A stretch of DNA of 64,000 nucleotides from an uncultured Bdellovibrionales bacterium (GCA_964543815.1 CAZIZG010000003.1:17833-81832); one strand, 5' to 3'; positions 9,673 to 20,563 are shown, counted from the first letter of the stretch. The notes: generated by a model from the letters alone, not told the origin. Made by a program: numbers and translations.

Positions 9673-10842
9673 TTAATTTCGTGACGAAAGAGACCCCCTC
9701 TTCTTTCCTTTGAACGCTATGGCGTCTAATTCATGAAAACGGCGCTGTTTTTCCTCAATAGCAATATCATCCGCCATTCCCCGAGCGGCAGCGGTCCCTG
9801 GCCGTGGTGAAAACCAGGCAATAAAAGTTTTGGCGAAATCCACTCGCCGAACCAAATCAATCGTATCTTCAAAGTCCGCCCGCGTTTCACCAGGAAAACC
9901 GACGATGATATCGGTAGTAAAGACCATATCAGGAATTTTTTCACGAATTCGATCGATGAGCGTGAGATACTCCTCTCGCGTATACCAACGGTTCATCTTT
10001 TTGAGTACAGCATTACTCCCCGACTGGACCGGGAGATGGAGTGTCCGATCAATTGTTTGGTGCCGCGCCATCACTTCAATGAGGGCGTCTGAGAAATCCC
10101 ATGGGTTCGATGAGATGAATGATACCTTCTTCACACCGGGTAGCTCAGCGATATACTCGAGAAGATAAGGAAACAACGTTGGTATCCGATGACGACTCAA
10201 GTGTTTGACCATGATGGGCGCCACTTTCCTTCCATCGGGCAGTTGGTACTCCTCCCCTTCTTTCAGTTTTTCTTGTAAAAAGTCAGCTCCGTACGAATTG
10301 ACATTCTGACCGAGAAGCACAATTTCCTCAAATCCCTGTTCCAGTGCCTCCTTCGCCTCAACCACGATATCTTCAAAGGAACGGGAACGTTCCTTGCCCC
10401 GAGAGAACGGCACGATACAAAACGCGCAGTAATTATTACACCCATTCGAGATAACAATTGAGGCCGACTTCCCTGGCTTCCGCACTGGAACATGTTCAAA
10501 CCCCACTTCTTCCAGTGGCAAAAATTCCGCCTCAGGCAGCCGCCCCGTGAGACGCTTCATCATCTTACCAGAAGGTTCTCGGGCAGCCGCCCCGACGAGA
10601 CAACCAGTGATAACCATCCGCGGAGCCCGGTCACCCAACTCTTGCTTGAGACTACGAACCAATCCATAGATACGCTCTTCGGCTTTGTCGCGAATGACAC
10701 AGGTATTCAGAATGAGGACATCGGCCTCTTTTTGAGATGATGCTAGCTCAAAACCACGTGAACGATAAAAGCGCTCGATGCGTTCCGAATCGGCTACATT
10801 TTGTTGGCACCCAAACGTTTTGATAAAAAATTTCTCAGTCAT
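9673..10842 (-). CDS. miaB: MiaB-family radical SAM methylthiotransferase (no TRAM domain)
   Basis: TFGCQQN..DSE, NTC, GCNNYCAFC (CxxxCxxC), HLPVQSGS, DIIVGFPGET. Confidence 0.85.
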   Translation of the reverse strand: MTEKFFIKTFGCQQNVADSERIERFYRSRGFELASSQKEADVLILNTCVIRDKAEERIYGLVRSLKQELGDRAPRMVITGCLVGAAAREPSGKMMKRLTGRLPEAEFLPLEEVGFEHVPVRKPGKSASIVISNGCNNYCAFCIVPFSRGKERSRSFEDIVVEAKEALEQGFEEIVLLGQNVNSYGADFLQEKLKEGEEYQLPDGRKVAPIMVKHLSRHRIPTLFPYLLEYIAELPGVKKVSFISSNPWDFSDALIEVMARHQTIDRTLHLPVQSGSNAVLKKMNRWYTREEYLTLIDRIREKIPDMVFTTDIIVGFPGETRADFEDTIDLVRRVDFAKTFIAWFSPRPGTAAARGMADDIAIEEKQRRFHELDAIAFKGKKRGSLSSRN

Positions 10843-10865
10843 AGACGTTCACGTAGCGTACGGTA

Positions 10866-11864
10866 TCATTTCTCCGGCGTCAAGACAGTTTCACCAGTTG
10901 GTAAAAGCGACACCGGAATATCTTGAAATGATAGACCTTTGGTCACCTGATTGAACGTCATCTTCACGAGTAGCCCCTGCCTCGTTGCCTCCTCTTCATA
11001 CTGATCAAAGACCAAGTTCCCCAGGGAATAATAGATGGTTTTTCCTTGATACAGCTCCTTCTCCTGTATCACGTGCGGATGTGAACCAATAATGACGTCT
11101 GCACCGGCATCAATAAATGAATGGGCTAATTCTTTTACCTTTGGTAGGGCCGGGACATATTCGGCTCCCCAGTGCGTATAGAGTACGACGATATCAGCCT
11201 CCTGTTTGGCTCGCGCAATATCAGTCAAAGCTTTTTCTTTCCCCTGAAAAACAAACTCGTTATAGTTAACAAGTGCCACCTTTACTCCCTTGATTTCTCT
11301 CAATAAGATTCGGTTGTCTCCAGAAAGAGGCGATCCGAAATATCCCACGTTTGATTGCTCTAAGTACTGCTTGGTTTGGATTACTCCCGCCTCATTAAAA
11401 TTCAAAATATGATTATTCCCAATATTGACGGCTTCGATATGGAAACGCTTCAGTAACAAAGCAATGGAAGGATCAAAGGTAAAGAAATAGTTGTCCCGAG
11501 CCCCGATGAGACTCGTCTCACTGACTGAAGCGTTATCCGTAATAGGGCCTTCCAGATTAGCCACGACCAGATCTGCCCCAACCAGAACATCTTTGAGGTA
11601 AGCAAGTGGATAATCAATGCCACGTTTGCGCAACACCGTGCGGATATAACGATCAAACATCATATCTCCACCAAAGAGAATCTTCACCTCATCATAACGG
11701 GTCGTTTCTACCGACCTGATCCGGTGTTCCTCATGAGATAAACGATTAAACGTTTGCTGTACCGAGATTTGAATCGGGGTTAATGATAGAAACCAGAGAA
11801 CAAGACCAGCAATAAAAAGAATGGAGGTTGTAAAAATAAGACCAACGCCAATTCGATTCATCAT
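10866..11864 (-). CDS. CapA-family (PGA_cap) metallophosphoesterase-like protein
   Basis: N-terminal TM; GDMM, NLEGP, GNNH, HWG.EY, GSHPHV, YSLGN. Confidence 0.9.
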   Translation of the reverse strand: MMNRIGVGLIFTTSILFIAGLVLWFLSLTPIQISVQQTFNRLSHEEHRIRSVETTRYDEVKILFGGDMMFDRYIRTVLRKRGIDYPLAYLKDVLVGADLVVANLEGPITDNASVSETSLIGARDNYFFTFDPSIALLLKRFHIEAVNIGNNHILNFNEAGVIQTKQYLEQSNVGYFGSPLSGDNRILLREIKGVKVALVNYNEFVFQGKEKALTDIARAKQEADIVVLYTHWGAEYVPALPKVKELAHSFIDAGADVIIGSHPHVIQEKELYQGKTIYYSLGNLVFDQYEEEATRQGLLVKMTFNQVTKGLSFQDIPVSLLPTGETVLTPEK

Positions 11865-12922
11865 ACTCCTACGTTTTGATCGATATTTTTCTCTACAATC
11901 AACTGACCGCAGGCGGCCGCAATATCATCGCCCATGGTACGACGACGAGTGACAGTCACTCCAGCATCCTCCAAACGCTTCTGAAAATCAGCGAAATCAC
12001 CTGGGAGACTATCCCGATAAACACTCCCTGTGAAATTATAGGGAATGAGATTTATCCGCACCTTGCCCACCTGTCGCGCAAAACGAATGAGAGCCTCAGC
12101 ATGCATCCGAGTATCATTCACCCGAGAAAGCATTACGTATTCAAAAGTAAGGTGACGACGACGACTCTCAAATTTCTCAAAATAACGATTGGTCCACTCG
12201 GCTAAACGATCGAGGAATCCATCGTAAGAACTTGGCATGATAGCCCGACGAGTATCACTGTCCGCACTGTGAAGTGATATCGCAAGACGTACCGCCGGCC
12301 AAGATTGGTCATGCAGAATTTTTTCAAGCATTGGGATGAGTCCCACCGTTGAAACGGTAATTCGAGTCATGCCGATATCAGTATAAGTAAGGAGAAGACG
12401 AAGCGCTTCTTTGACGTGATCGTAGTTGGCCAATGGCTCACCCATACCCATAAAGACGACATTGGAGATACGGCCCTCCAAGTCACTACGCTTCCCTAAA
12501 AATTCACGCCAAAACCGTATCTGATCAACAATTTCATCAGCCAACAAATTACGCGTAAAACCCATCGTACCAGTAGCGCAAAAAGTACACGCCATGGCAC
12601 AGCCCACTTGAGAGGAAACGCACACCGTCCAAGCCCCCCGGGCATTTTTCATAAGTACCGTCTCAACCCGTTTTCCACCTGCCACTTCCACTACCCCCTT
12701 GTAGGTATCTTTTTTAGCACTTTCTAAAATCTGCACTTCCGTGACTGATAGCCATGAGAACTCTCGCCGCAAAACCTCGCGCATGGCAAGCGGTATATTA
12801 GAAATATCAGTAAAATCCTTAAAAAGGGGCGAAAAAAGAGCCTCTTCCATCTGACGGAGGCGAAAGGCTGGAGCTCCAGGAAAAAGAGCTCGAAATTTTT
12901 CTGCACGTGAGAGTGGGGACAT
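11861..12922 (-). CDS. rlmN: 23S rRNA m2A2503 methyltransferase (RlmN/Cfr family)
   Basis: CVSSQVGCAMACTFC, MGMGEP, SLH, NLIPYN, AACGQL. Confidence 0.92.
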   Translation of the reverse strand: MSPLSRAEKFRALFPGAPAFRLRQMEEALFSPLFKDFTDISNIPLAMREVLRREFSWLSVTEVQILESAKKDTYKGVVEVAGGKRVETVLMKNARGAWTVCVSSQVGCAMACTFCATGTMGFTRNLLADEIVDQIRFWREFLGKRSDLEGRISNVVFMGMGEPLANYDHVKEALRLLLTYTDIGMTRITVSTVGLIPMLEKILHDQSWPAVRLAISLHSADSDTRRAIMPSSYDGFLDRLAEWTNRYFEKFESRRRHLTFEYVMLSRVNDTRMHAEALIRFARQVGKVRINLIPYNFTGSVYRDSLPGDFADFQKRLEDAGVTVTRRRTMGDDIAAACGQLIVEKNIDQNVGV

Positions 12923-12964
12923 AGTTTGCTATTCTACCCCAAATAAGACTCTTTGTCCATCCCC

Positions 12965-13300
12965 TCACTCAAGTTCGGTCCCAGTAAAAACATTGCGTAC
13001 GAGCTTTGGTTTCTCCTCATGTTCTTCTGAACGACTCTGAAGACCCTTCACCGCCTCGAGAAAAGCTCGTTCCTTAAAAACAGTTTCTTTGAAATGCTGC
13101 TCGAGATAGGCTTTCTTCGTCTCAGGACTCCACTGATACTGGTAGAGATTACCGTACCAGACAGTACCGCCGTAGCCCAAAACGAGAAGGAATCCCAGAA
13201 AAAAGAATGCCTTATAATGACGATACCAAAAAAACATCAGATGCTTTCCGGAAACATATTTCTTGAATTGAGGCACTGATGGAAGACGCATAACGTTCAC
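12965..13300 (-). CDS. Single-TM protein at end of pilMNO operon
   Basis: Operon position and one TM helix. Confidence 0.6.
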   Translation of the reverse strand: MNVMRLPSVPQFKKYVSGKHLMFFWYRHYKAFFFLGFLLVLGYGGTVWYGNLYQYQWSPETKKAYLEQHFKETVFKERAFLEAVKGLQSRSEEHEEKPKLVRNVFTGTELE

Positions 13301-13301
13301 A

Positions 13302-14066
13302 TTATTTACTCACGTAGATGACCGTATCAAATGTTGCCTCGAGCGAACCAGGAATCACCTCTTTTTCTGGCGCAGCAACAGAAACACTTGGTTCAGGAGC
13401 GCTCTGCCCAAAAATCAAGAAGGGGTTCTGACCGGGTCCGGCCGATGGCACACTGACAGCATCCTCGACACTTCGTTCGCGGAATTCAAGCCCGACCACA
13501 TCCAAGGCAAACGGTAACGTTTCCATCCTATGAAGAAATGTCAGTATCTCGGGGTATTCACCAATAATCGAGATATTAACCCGCAAATACCGAGGATATG
13601 GGAGCATATCAATGATACCCTCATCGGTTTTAGTCTTCTTTTTATTATCCAACGCCGTTGACGTATCAGTATTACCATCAGAAGTCTTTTCTGACTTCGC
13701 TGGCTTCTTCTCCTGGATATCACTCCCGTCCTTTGAGGTGATGGCGATATGAACGCCCGATCTCTCTGCTAATCCTTCAAGCGTTTTCACGAGATCAACA
13801 ATCTGCTCCTGCGAAAGCAGGATATCTAACGTATGCTCATTTTCCGAAATAGCCTCAAACTGACTCTGGAGCTCCGGCAATTTGTTAATCTGTCGTTCTC
13901 GATTTTCACGGAAGGCATAGTACTCTTGAATACCGTCCGCCTTTTCACGAATAAACGCATGAAATGGCAAAATTCCAAACCATACGATGAGCCCCATAGC
14001 CACCAGTAACGCTATGAGTACCACAAGCGGCATATATGCTCGGTATTGTTTAAAAAAATGACTCAT
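13302..14066 (-). CDS. PilO-like type IV pilus alignment protein
   Basis: TM + coiled coil + G.Y..I..FL..ME motif; follows pilN. Confidence 0.7.
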   Translation of the reverse strand: MSHFFKQYRAYMPLVVLIALLVAMGLIVWFGILPFHAFIREKADGIQEYYAFRENRERQINKLPELQSQFEAISENEHTLDILLSQEQIVDLVKTLEGLAERSGVHIAITSKDGSDIQEKKPAKSEKTSDGNTDTSTALDNKKKTKTDEGIIDMLPYPRYLRVNISIIGEYPEILTFLHRMETLPFALDVVGLEFRERSVEDAVSVPSAGPGQNPFLIFGQSAPEPSVSVAAPEKEVIPGSLEATFDTVIYVSK

Positions 14067-14626
14067 AGTCCCTTAAGACAATCTGGAGTTATCGAAAAAT
14101 CAGCCTGAAAATCAATATTCTTTTGAGAAAATAAGTTAGAAATCGGGATATCCACATCAGTAATGCACTCACCAGCATTCTTCAGATGATCATCAAAAAG
14201 GAGGAGATCCTCTCGTTTGGCTGCCTTTCCAGTCAACGATATTTTATACTCCTTAGTTACCAGATGGCTGATAGTTACGCCCTCCGGGACCAACGGACCA
14301 AGCAAAGTAAATGCTTTCGTAAAGCGAAGATGGAAACGGTCAATTTTCCCAATAACGTCCACGGTTGAATTAGTATCTTTAAACTTCTTTTCGTACTCAC
14401 TCAAACGCTTTTCGTCATCAAATGAAGCCACTGGTGAGGCCTCACCCAAAGCAGTCAAGCTCTTCAATTGGTAGTCCAGAACCAGAAACGTGCTTATGAG
14501 AATACTGAGGTAAAACAACTCAAGCACAAAGAGAAGAAAGAGTTGCCACAGCAGAAAGCGAAAACGGAGACGCTGCTGAATAGCGTCTTTCTTTTCTTCT
14601 GGTAATAAATTAAGCAAAGTCTTCAT
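14063..14626 (-). CDS. pilN: PilN-like type IV pilus protein
   Basis: N-terminal LNLLP PilM-binding motif, TM, coiled coil. Confidence 0.8.
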   Translation of the reverse strand: MKTLLNLLPEEKKDAIQQRLRFRFLLWQLFLLFVLELFYLSILISTFLVLDYQLKSLTALGEASPVASFDDEKRLSEYEKKFKDTNSTVDVIGKIDRFHLRFTKAFTLLGPLVPEGVTISHLVTKEYKISLTGKAAKREDLLLFDDHLKNAGECITDVDIPISNLFSQKNIDFQADFSITPDCLKGL

Positions 14627-15704
14627 ATTCGTCCAAACCTCTTAATGCCAAACCGATGGCGGTAGAATATTGCACGGAGCGTCGTCTATCAATAAGCGGG
14701 ATTTCTCGTCCCAATTTCACATTCACCCAAGGATTACCGGATTCAACTGGTCGACCCAGGCGCTTGGTCATATAGGGTAAAAAGCCATTCATATTGGATC
14801 CACCACCGCAAAGCACGATTGAATCAATCGTTTGAGAGTAGCGTAAACTATTGAGATAGAAATCTATCGAACGCTCTATCTCTACCGCCATACTCTCAAG
14901 TACTGGCTCGGCCGCCTTGAGAACTGGACTTTTCATGGCCAGCGACCCAAGACCATGTTTGATTTTCATGGATTCCGCTTCCTCAAAAGAAATTTTCAGC
15001 TCCTTTGATATCGCCTCTGTTACCATCTGAGACGAAAGAGGCACACTCGAAGTAAAGCACGGCGTACTACCAATAGCGATGAGGAAACTCGTCCGGCGAT
15101 CGCCAATATCGACGATGAGCGTGGTATTCTTGTCATTCTTTTCTGCCAAAAGACTGCGAGCCTGAGCGATGGACTCTGTTTCAAGACCAATTACCTCGAG
15201 TCCGGCACTCTCGAGCACCTCGGCAAACTGATCCACTACGCTGCGCGCCACCGCCACCACGAGCACGCTCATTTTTCCTTTTTCCTGAGCAATATCAAGA
15301 TCAAGAATCTGCCAATCATAGTAGACCTGGTCAAGTGTCAGCGGAATATTGGCCTCGATTTCCCATTTAATGGCCTCCTTTACTTCTTCTTTTCCCATTT
15401 TTGGCAACGCAATGATACGAAGGAAGGCTTTTGTTTCAGGCAACGAACAGATGACTTTCTGAGTTCCAATTTTTTTTGGACCCGCCTTGTCCATAAGATT
15501 GAGGATAGCACTTCTGACTGCCTCCGGATTCATAATTTCTCCATCTACCACATTTCCCAAAGAAAGTGGCACCGATCCAAAACTAGCAATCGAATCATGA
15601 TTGCCGGATCGATCAAGCCAGACCGCTTTGATAGAGAGATCGGACAGATCGAGACCGAAAGAGCTCGGGAACAAGTCAAATATTTTTTTACGCAGGATAT
15701 TCAT
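14610..15704 (-). CDS. pilM: Type IV pilus assembly protein PilM (actin-like)
   Basis: GLDLS..SIK, VDIG, LCGGGS, NPW, AIGLALRG. Confidence 0.92.
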   Translation of the reverse strand: MNILRKKIFDLFPSSFGLDLSDLSIKAVWLDRSGNHDSIASFGSVPLSLGNVVDGEIMNPEAVRSAILNLMDKAGPKKIGTQKVICSLPETKAFLRIIALPKMGKEEVKEAIKWEIEANIPLTLDQVYYDWQILDLDIAQEKGKMSVLVVAVARSVVDQFAEVLESAGLEVIGLETESIAQARSLLAEKNDKNTTLIVDIGDRRTSFLIAIGSTPCFTSSVPLSSQMVTEAISKELKISFEEAESMKIKHGLGSLAMKSPVLKAAEPVLESMAVEIERSIDFYLNSLRYSQTIDSIVLCGGGSNMNGFLPYMTKRLGRPVESGNPWVNVKLGREIPLIDRRRSVQYSTAIGLALRGLDEYEDFA

Positions 15705-15770
15705 CTTCTGTTTTCTTTTTCTTTTACTCCTATCATATCATATCTCAACATCTGAGGGCGATCATCATAC

Positions 15771-17279
15771 CTATTGCTCCTGCCACAAATCCATCTCATA
15801 TTGAGTCCCCGTTGGAAAATACGGTGGCGGGAAATAGAGTAAGTTATTATCGTAATAAAGATTACGGGTGTTATAGCCCCAGTTTTGAACTCCGTTCGTC
15901 CAGGCAAATCCATACCGCTGATTGGTGGCAATGGCACCCTGAACCGTGATAGAATTTTTGTGGTCGGTTGTTCCGTAATCAGCGCGTCCAACCTTCCCCT
16001 GCTGTGCCAAAAGAGCCCCGTCAATCCGTAAGTCCGTGTCGCTTGATTGTGGTATCGTGATATCCTGCTGACCAATAACTCCCAAAATATCACTTCCTGT
16101 GTAGCTGGAGTAAGTCAAATCATTGGCAATATAAACCGAAGGAGAGGAACCACCAACCAAATCAGCAGCTACTACCGTTACTTTCTTGTTACTAATCTGC
16201 CCTTCAAGCCAGACGTTGTCCTCAACAAATATCACACCGTCAGTGGGAATGGTGTAGTTCTGAAGACAAAGTCCGCTGCAGGTTGAGCAGGTACCCGCCC
16301 CTGACGCCCGGCGGTAACCATTGTTAGTAGCAATATCATAGGTAGGGCCGACACCCGTAATACTGGCAGATGCTACACGACAGGTATCAAACGTCCCATT
16401 CGTCTTCAAAATAATCTTTCGACCGACATCATTCGTGAGATTTGCAAAATACCGACTATTGTTAGTCCCCGCCTGAGCAACCGCCTTCATATTACTCAAA
16501 TCACCCAAAACACCATTAAAATCCACTACCGCTTCTGGAAAAGCACGGCCTGCCATAAACACATCCGTCCGATTTGGCACAGTCGCTGGTGGTGCTTCCG
16601 CAGCACGATACGTGTCATTCACACCTACTCCCGGAGGAGCGTTCACGTGAGTATGGACACCGAACTCTACTCCTCCATTATGATCGGGGTCATCGTAACT
16701 TGATACCGAACTCGATACCACATTGTGAGCAACGCCATCAAAACGGATACCCTGATTAGAATGAATCTTTCCATACACTTCCGTACCTGATCCGAACCGC
16801 ATGACATCATTGGCAAGGACGGCACTTTCACTCCAGGAAGGTCGACGGAAGCGTACTTTGATGACACGGGTAACACTTGGATAACGATAGGTCCAGCCGG
16901 TAGCTTTGACAGTGACGATAGTTGATCCAGTTGCAGGCGCTGTCACCTCGAGACGATACTTGCCAATAGGATCACCACCTGGGTCTTTATACTCCACTTC
17001 ATACGGCGTTGCCACTCCGTACGGATTCCCCGTGGCCCAAAAAGTAGCTATCTGCTGAGCGGTCCGACCCTCTACCTGGTGTGCCAAATACCAGCGATAG
17101 AAATGAATGCCAGATTCAGCAATCTGGAAGGCCTGTTCCCGAGCGTGAGTCTGAAGCGAATACTTCGTCTGATTAGCAATAAAACTAATGATGGACGTCA
17201 TGATGATCGCCATCATAAACATAATGACCAGTCCATAGGCCAGTATCGATCCCTTCAGCATTCGGGGAAACTTATTCAT
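15771..17279 (-). CDS. PilX-like minor pilin with large beta-rich C-terminal domain
   Basis: KG-SILAYGLV hydrophobic helix without E5; AFQIAESG motif; pilus operon. Confidence 0.75.
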   Translation of the reverse strand: MNKFPRMLKGSILAYGLVIMFMMAIIMTSIISFIANQTKYSLQTHAREQAFQIAESGIHFYRWYLAHQVEGRTAQQIATFWATGNPYGVATPYEVEYKDPGGDPIGKYRLEVTAPATGSTIVTVKATGWTYRYPSVTRVIKVRFRRPSWSESAVLANDVMRFGSGTEVYGKIHSNQGIRFDGVAHNVVSSSVSSYDDPDHNGGVEFGVHTHVNAPPGVGVNDTYRAAEAPPATVPNRTDVFMAGRAFPEAVVDFNGVLGDLSNMKAVAQAGTNNSRYFANLTNDVGRKIILKTNGTFDTCRVASASITGVGPTYDIATNNGYRRASGAGTCSTCSGLCLQNYTIPTDGVIFVEDNVWLEGQISNKKVTVVAADLVGGSSPSVYIANDLTYSSYTGSDILGVIGQQDITIPQSSDTDLRIDGALLAQQGKVGRADYGTTDHKNSITVQGAIATNQRYGFAWTNGVQNWGYNTRNLYYDNNLLYFPPPYFPTGTQYEMDLWQEQ

Positions 17280-17913
17280 AGTCATTGAGGTTACGCAAAT
17301 CCACGAACGATTCAATATTGATATTGTTTGGCGCATGAACCGGATCGATATTAATCAAAAGCTTCACTCGAATCATCTGAATTGTCCCGACACTCGCCGG
17401 AGTAGCTAATGGGTTATTGACGGTATCACCTGGATAATTACTGTTGTAATAATAAAATATTGGGTTATCACTTTCATTTACGACGTAGTTAGTGACAACT
17501 GACACGACACTATCGTTGGCCGGATAGGTAACAGGATTGGTCGCTAACGGATTACTCACTCCCTGCTTTAACTGGTCGTTGGCCTGGTCAAGATAGTAAT
17601 GTACCTTCTCCACCACACCATCGTCATCTATATCGCAGTAAAATACCAGATCAAAACCATCCGCTGACTTGATAGGAAAATCACCATTATCGGCCTGTTG
17701 AACGCCTCGTAACTGGATAACAATTTTATTCGTCGCCCGTGAAGCTGCCGACGAGGCCATTCCCTCTTCTAATACGAATTTATTGTTATCCCACATTTTA
17801 GTAAAGAGCAGCGTCATACCCTCCATAGCAAGAAGGGCTACACCAATAGCAATAAGCATCTCAATGAGAGACATGCCGCGTAATGCTTTCCTGGGAATTG
17901 CCAACATATACAT
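17272..17913 (-). CDS. Minor pilin (PilW-like)
   Basis: Prepilin cleavage motif RG/MSLIEMLIAIGV. Confidence 0.85.
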   Translation of the reverse strand: MYMLAIPRKALRGMSLIEMLIAIGVALLAMEGMTLLFTKMWDNNKFVLEEGMASSAASRATNKIVIQLRGVQQADNGDFPIKSADGFDLVFYCDIDDDGVVEKVHYYLDQANDQLKQGVSNPLATNPVTYPANDSVVSVVTNYVVNESDNPIFYYYNSNYPGDTVNNPLATPASVGTIQMIRVKLLINIDPVHAPNNINIESFVDLRNLNDYE

Positions 17914-19280
17914 TAGGGAGTCATGTTGATAGTTTTTGTCTGGAGCGCTCCGTTCACACTGGCCGTCGATGAGGCATTCGAGTAACCCGCCATCGTTACC
18001 TCTATATCATAAGTCCCGTCGGAAAGAGCCGGGAGCGAGGTCGGAAAATAAGCAATACCGTACTGATCCGTATTGACTGTTGCATCGTACCCGAGCGTCG
18101 TGTTCGACACGTGGACACTCGCACCTGATAACACGTTACCACTCCCCTGATCTTGAACGGTTATTTTAAGTGAACCAATTGACTTATCGAGAAGTACCGC
18201 AGTAATGTCTGCCGCAGATCCAGCAATAGCCGTAAAACCATTGGCGACTGGACTCTCTGGAGAGAGCTTGTAAAGGTCGTAGTTCGCATTCGTAATCGTC
18301 ACCGTATACTGCCCCCTGCTTTCATCCGCATAATTCGCTTCACCAGAAGCATTGGTTGTTCCAGATTGTGTAAAACCATATACCGTAGCACTCGTCACAG
18401 GATTGGTACCCAGCACTCGACCACCCGTTATGGTATAGCCAATGTTCGGAATTTCTGTTCCGAAAGGATCCTTGGTCGTCAACGTAATATCCGATGCCCG
18501 ATCCATTACCATAGTTTTTTGATTGAGCACATTGGCTACAACAGAAGCATGGACATCAACCGGATTGTACGCCGTGGTAGGATAGGGCGGAAAAGTTGTT
18601 GCTCCATAGTATCCATTTTTTGAAACAGTTAAGGTGTACTTCTGTGTGCCAGCTGGTGCCCCCGGGAGCGTCAAATTTCCCGTTGAGTCGGTCGTACCAG
18701 TCGTATTGATACCAGATGTCGCATTCACAATATGGACACTCGCCCCACTGACACCTGCTCCACTCCCATCCAAAATATTGATGGACAATACCCCGCCGCC
18801 ACTTGACGTTTCCACCCCTTTTGGTGAAAAGTTTCCAAAAATTACGACCGTCTGATCGGTGCCAAGCTCACCCCAAGAGACCGTAATGCGTACCCGCTTA
18901 TAGTCGGTAGGGATAGTGTCCTTCGAAGCACCAGACCCGCCAGATGTCCCGTCGAAAGTATCATCCACATACTGTACAAACGTATGGACCGTGTATTTCA
19001 CCGTATTGACACTAATCGTTTCGCTTTCCGCCAAACTGCCGGCCGGAATACCCGTGGTTGTACCAATGGCCGCATAGTCAATACTACGAATAATCTCCAT
19101 TTTTTGATTGGCAAGCGCCGTTGCCCCCAATCGATTTTTTGATTCAATAATGAGTCGTGTCCCCACTGAATAGGTCTCCACAAAAACCACACTGATGAGA
19201 GCGAACAAAAACAAAAACACCATCGCCTCAATAAGCGTATAGCCGGAGAGTGTTCGCCGTGACCCAAGATGCAGTTCCAT
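17913..19280 (-). CDS. Minor pilin (PilV-like) fused to carboxypeptidase-regulatory/Cna-B-like beta domains
   Basis: SG/YTLIEAMV prepilin motif; repeated GA.V.V...TD..G...F/L..L..G.Y.I.V...GY units. Confidence 0.8.
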   Translation of the reverse strand: MELHLGSRRTLSGYTLIEAMVFLFLFALISVVFVETYSVGTRLIIESKNRLGATALANQKMEIIRSIDYAAIGTTTGIPAGSLAESETISVNTVKYTVHTFVQYVDDTFDGTSGGSGASKDTIPTDYKRVRITVSWGELGTDQTVVIFGNFSPKGVETSSGGGVLSINILDGSGAGVSGASVHIVNATSGINTTGTTDSTGNLTLPGAPAGTQKYTLTVSKNGYYGATTFPPYPTTAYNPVDVHASVVANVLNQKTMVMDRASDITLTTKDPFGTEIPNIGYTITGGRVLGTNPVTSATVYGFTQSGTTNASGEANYADESRGQYTVTITNANYDLYKLSPESPVANGFTAIAGSAADITAVLLDKSIGSLKITVQDQGSGNVLSGASVHVSNTTLGYDATVNTDQYGIAYFPTSLPALSDGTYDIEVTMAGYSNASSTASVNGALQTKTINMTP

Positions 19281-19285
19281 GACCT

Positions 19286-20506
19286 CTATTTAATATTTTC
19301 CAAAACACTGTACATTGGCTGAAGCATCGCGACCGCAAAAAATCCCACGCCACCACCGATGAGGAGCATGAGGATAGGCTCGATGATTGAGGACATATTT
19401 TTGGTGATTTGTGAAACTTCTTCCTCGTAGAACTCCGCCAAACGCTGGAGTACCACTTCTGTTTTACCCGTCTCCTCACCTACTTCAAGAATCTGGGGCA
19501 CCAAGAGCGGGAAGAGACGCGGGTACCGACTGATGACCATGGAAAGCTCAGTTCCTTTCTGAATCTCGGCAATAGCCGCATTGAGCGCATCCTTATAGTA
19601 CAGATTGGAGAGAGTCTTTGAAATAATAGTGAGAGCGTTCACTACCGACACACCACTCTTGAGTAGCGAGCTATAAATACGGGCGAAGCGGGCGCAGTTT
19701 ACTTTGACCACGATATTTCCCACGATTGGCATCCTGACAAAGACAAACCCAAAAAAACGCTTCCCCGGAATGGTACCCGAAAAAACCTTGGTTCCAATAA
19801 TAAGGGCAAGCGATACTCCGATGGTAATAAAAGCATGGTTCCGCACGAAATCACTGATAGCGATAATAACCAGTGTCGTTGCCGGAAGCTGCACATCCAT
19901 ATCCTGGAATACTCCGGTAATTTTAGGGAGAATGTAGACCAGCATGAGAATAGCGATACCAATCATCGCTACCACGATCACGGCCGGATAAATGAGGGCT
20001 CCACGAACCTTGGAAAGCAAATCGTTTTCCTTTTCGAGCTGCAAAGCTAATATATCAAGCACTTCTTCAAGATTTCCCGATACTTCACCCACGTACACCA
20101 TGTTCACAAAGAGCTCATCAAAAACGGATGGATACTTGCCAAGACCCTCAGAGAGAGTTTTCCCGCCCTGTAGGTCATCATTCACATCATCAAGAATCTT
20201 TTTAAACGTCTTATTTTTAGTCTGAAGCGAAAGATTATGCACTGCCCGAGACACGGTCAGGCCAGATGAAACCATCACCGACAAATTTCGGGTAAACGTC
20301 ATCTTTTCCTTGAGTGGCACTGATTTGAACCGGTCTAAAAATCGCACACTTAAAGACGTCGCTACCTGCTCTTCCTTGAACGAAGTGAGCAGTAGCCCTT
20401 CAGCCCGAAGCTCTTGAGCGAGCGACTTTTCATCTTTGGCTTCACGCTCTCCACCAGAAGTCTCGCCAGTGGAAGAATTTTTTGCAGTATAGAAAAACTT
20501 CGACAT
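19286..20506 (-). CDS. pilC: Type IV pilus platform protein (T2SS F family)
   Basis: GEVSGNLE, ALIYP, GEETG, IEP motifs with 3 TM. Confidence 0.93.
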   Translation of the reverse strand: MSKFFYTAKNSSTGETSGGEREAKDEKSLAQELRAEGLLLTSFKEEQVATSLSVRFLDRFKSVPLKEKMTFTRNLSVMVSSGLTVSRAVHNLSLQTKNKTFKKILDDVNDDLQGGKTLSEGLGKYPSVFDELFVNMVYVGEVSGNLEEVLDILALQLEKENDLLSKVRGALIYPAVIVVAMIGIAILMLVYILPKITGVFQDMDVQLPATTLVIIAISDFVRNHAFITIGVSLALIIGTKVFSGTIPGKRFFGFVFVRMPIVGNIVVKVNCARFARIYSSLLKSGVSVVNALTIISKTLSNLYYKDALNAAIAEIQKGTELSMVISRYPRLFPLLVPQILEVGEETGKTEVVLQRLAEFYEEEVSQITKNMSSIIEPILMLLIGGGVGFFAVAMLQPMYSVLENIK

Positions 20507-20563
20507 GTGGGTATGTGTTTTTGGACTTTCATGTTGAAAGCCTACTCACAGTATACCACAATT

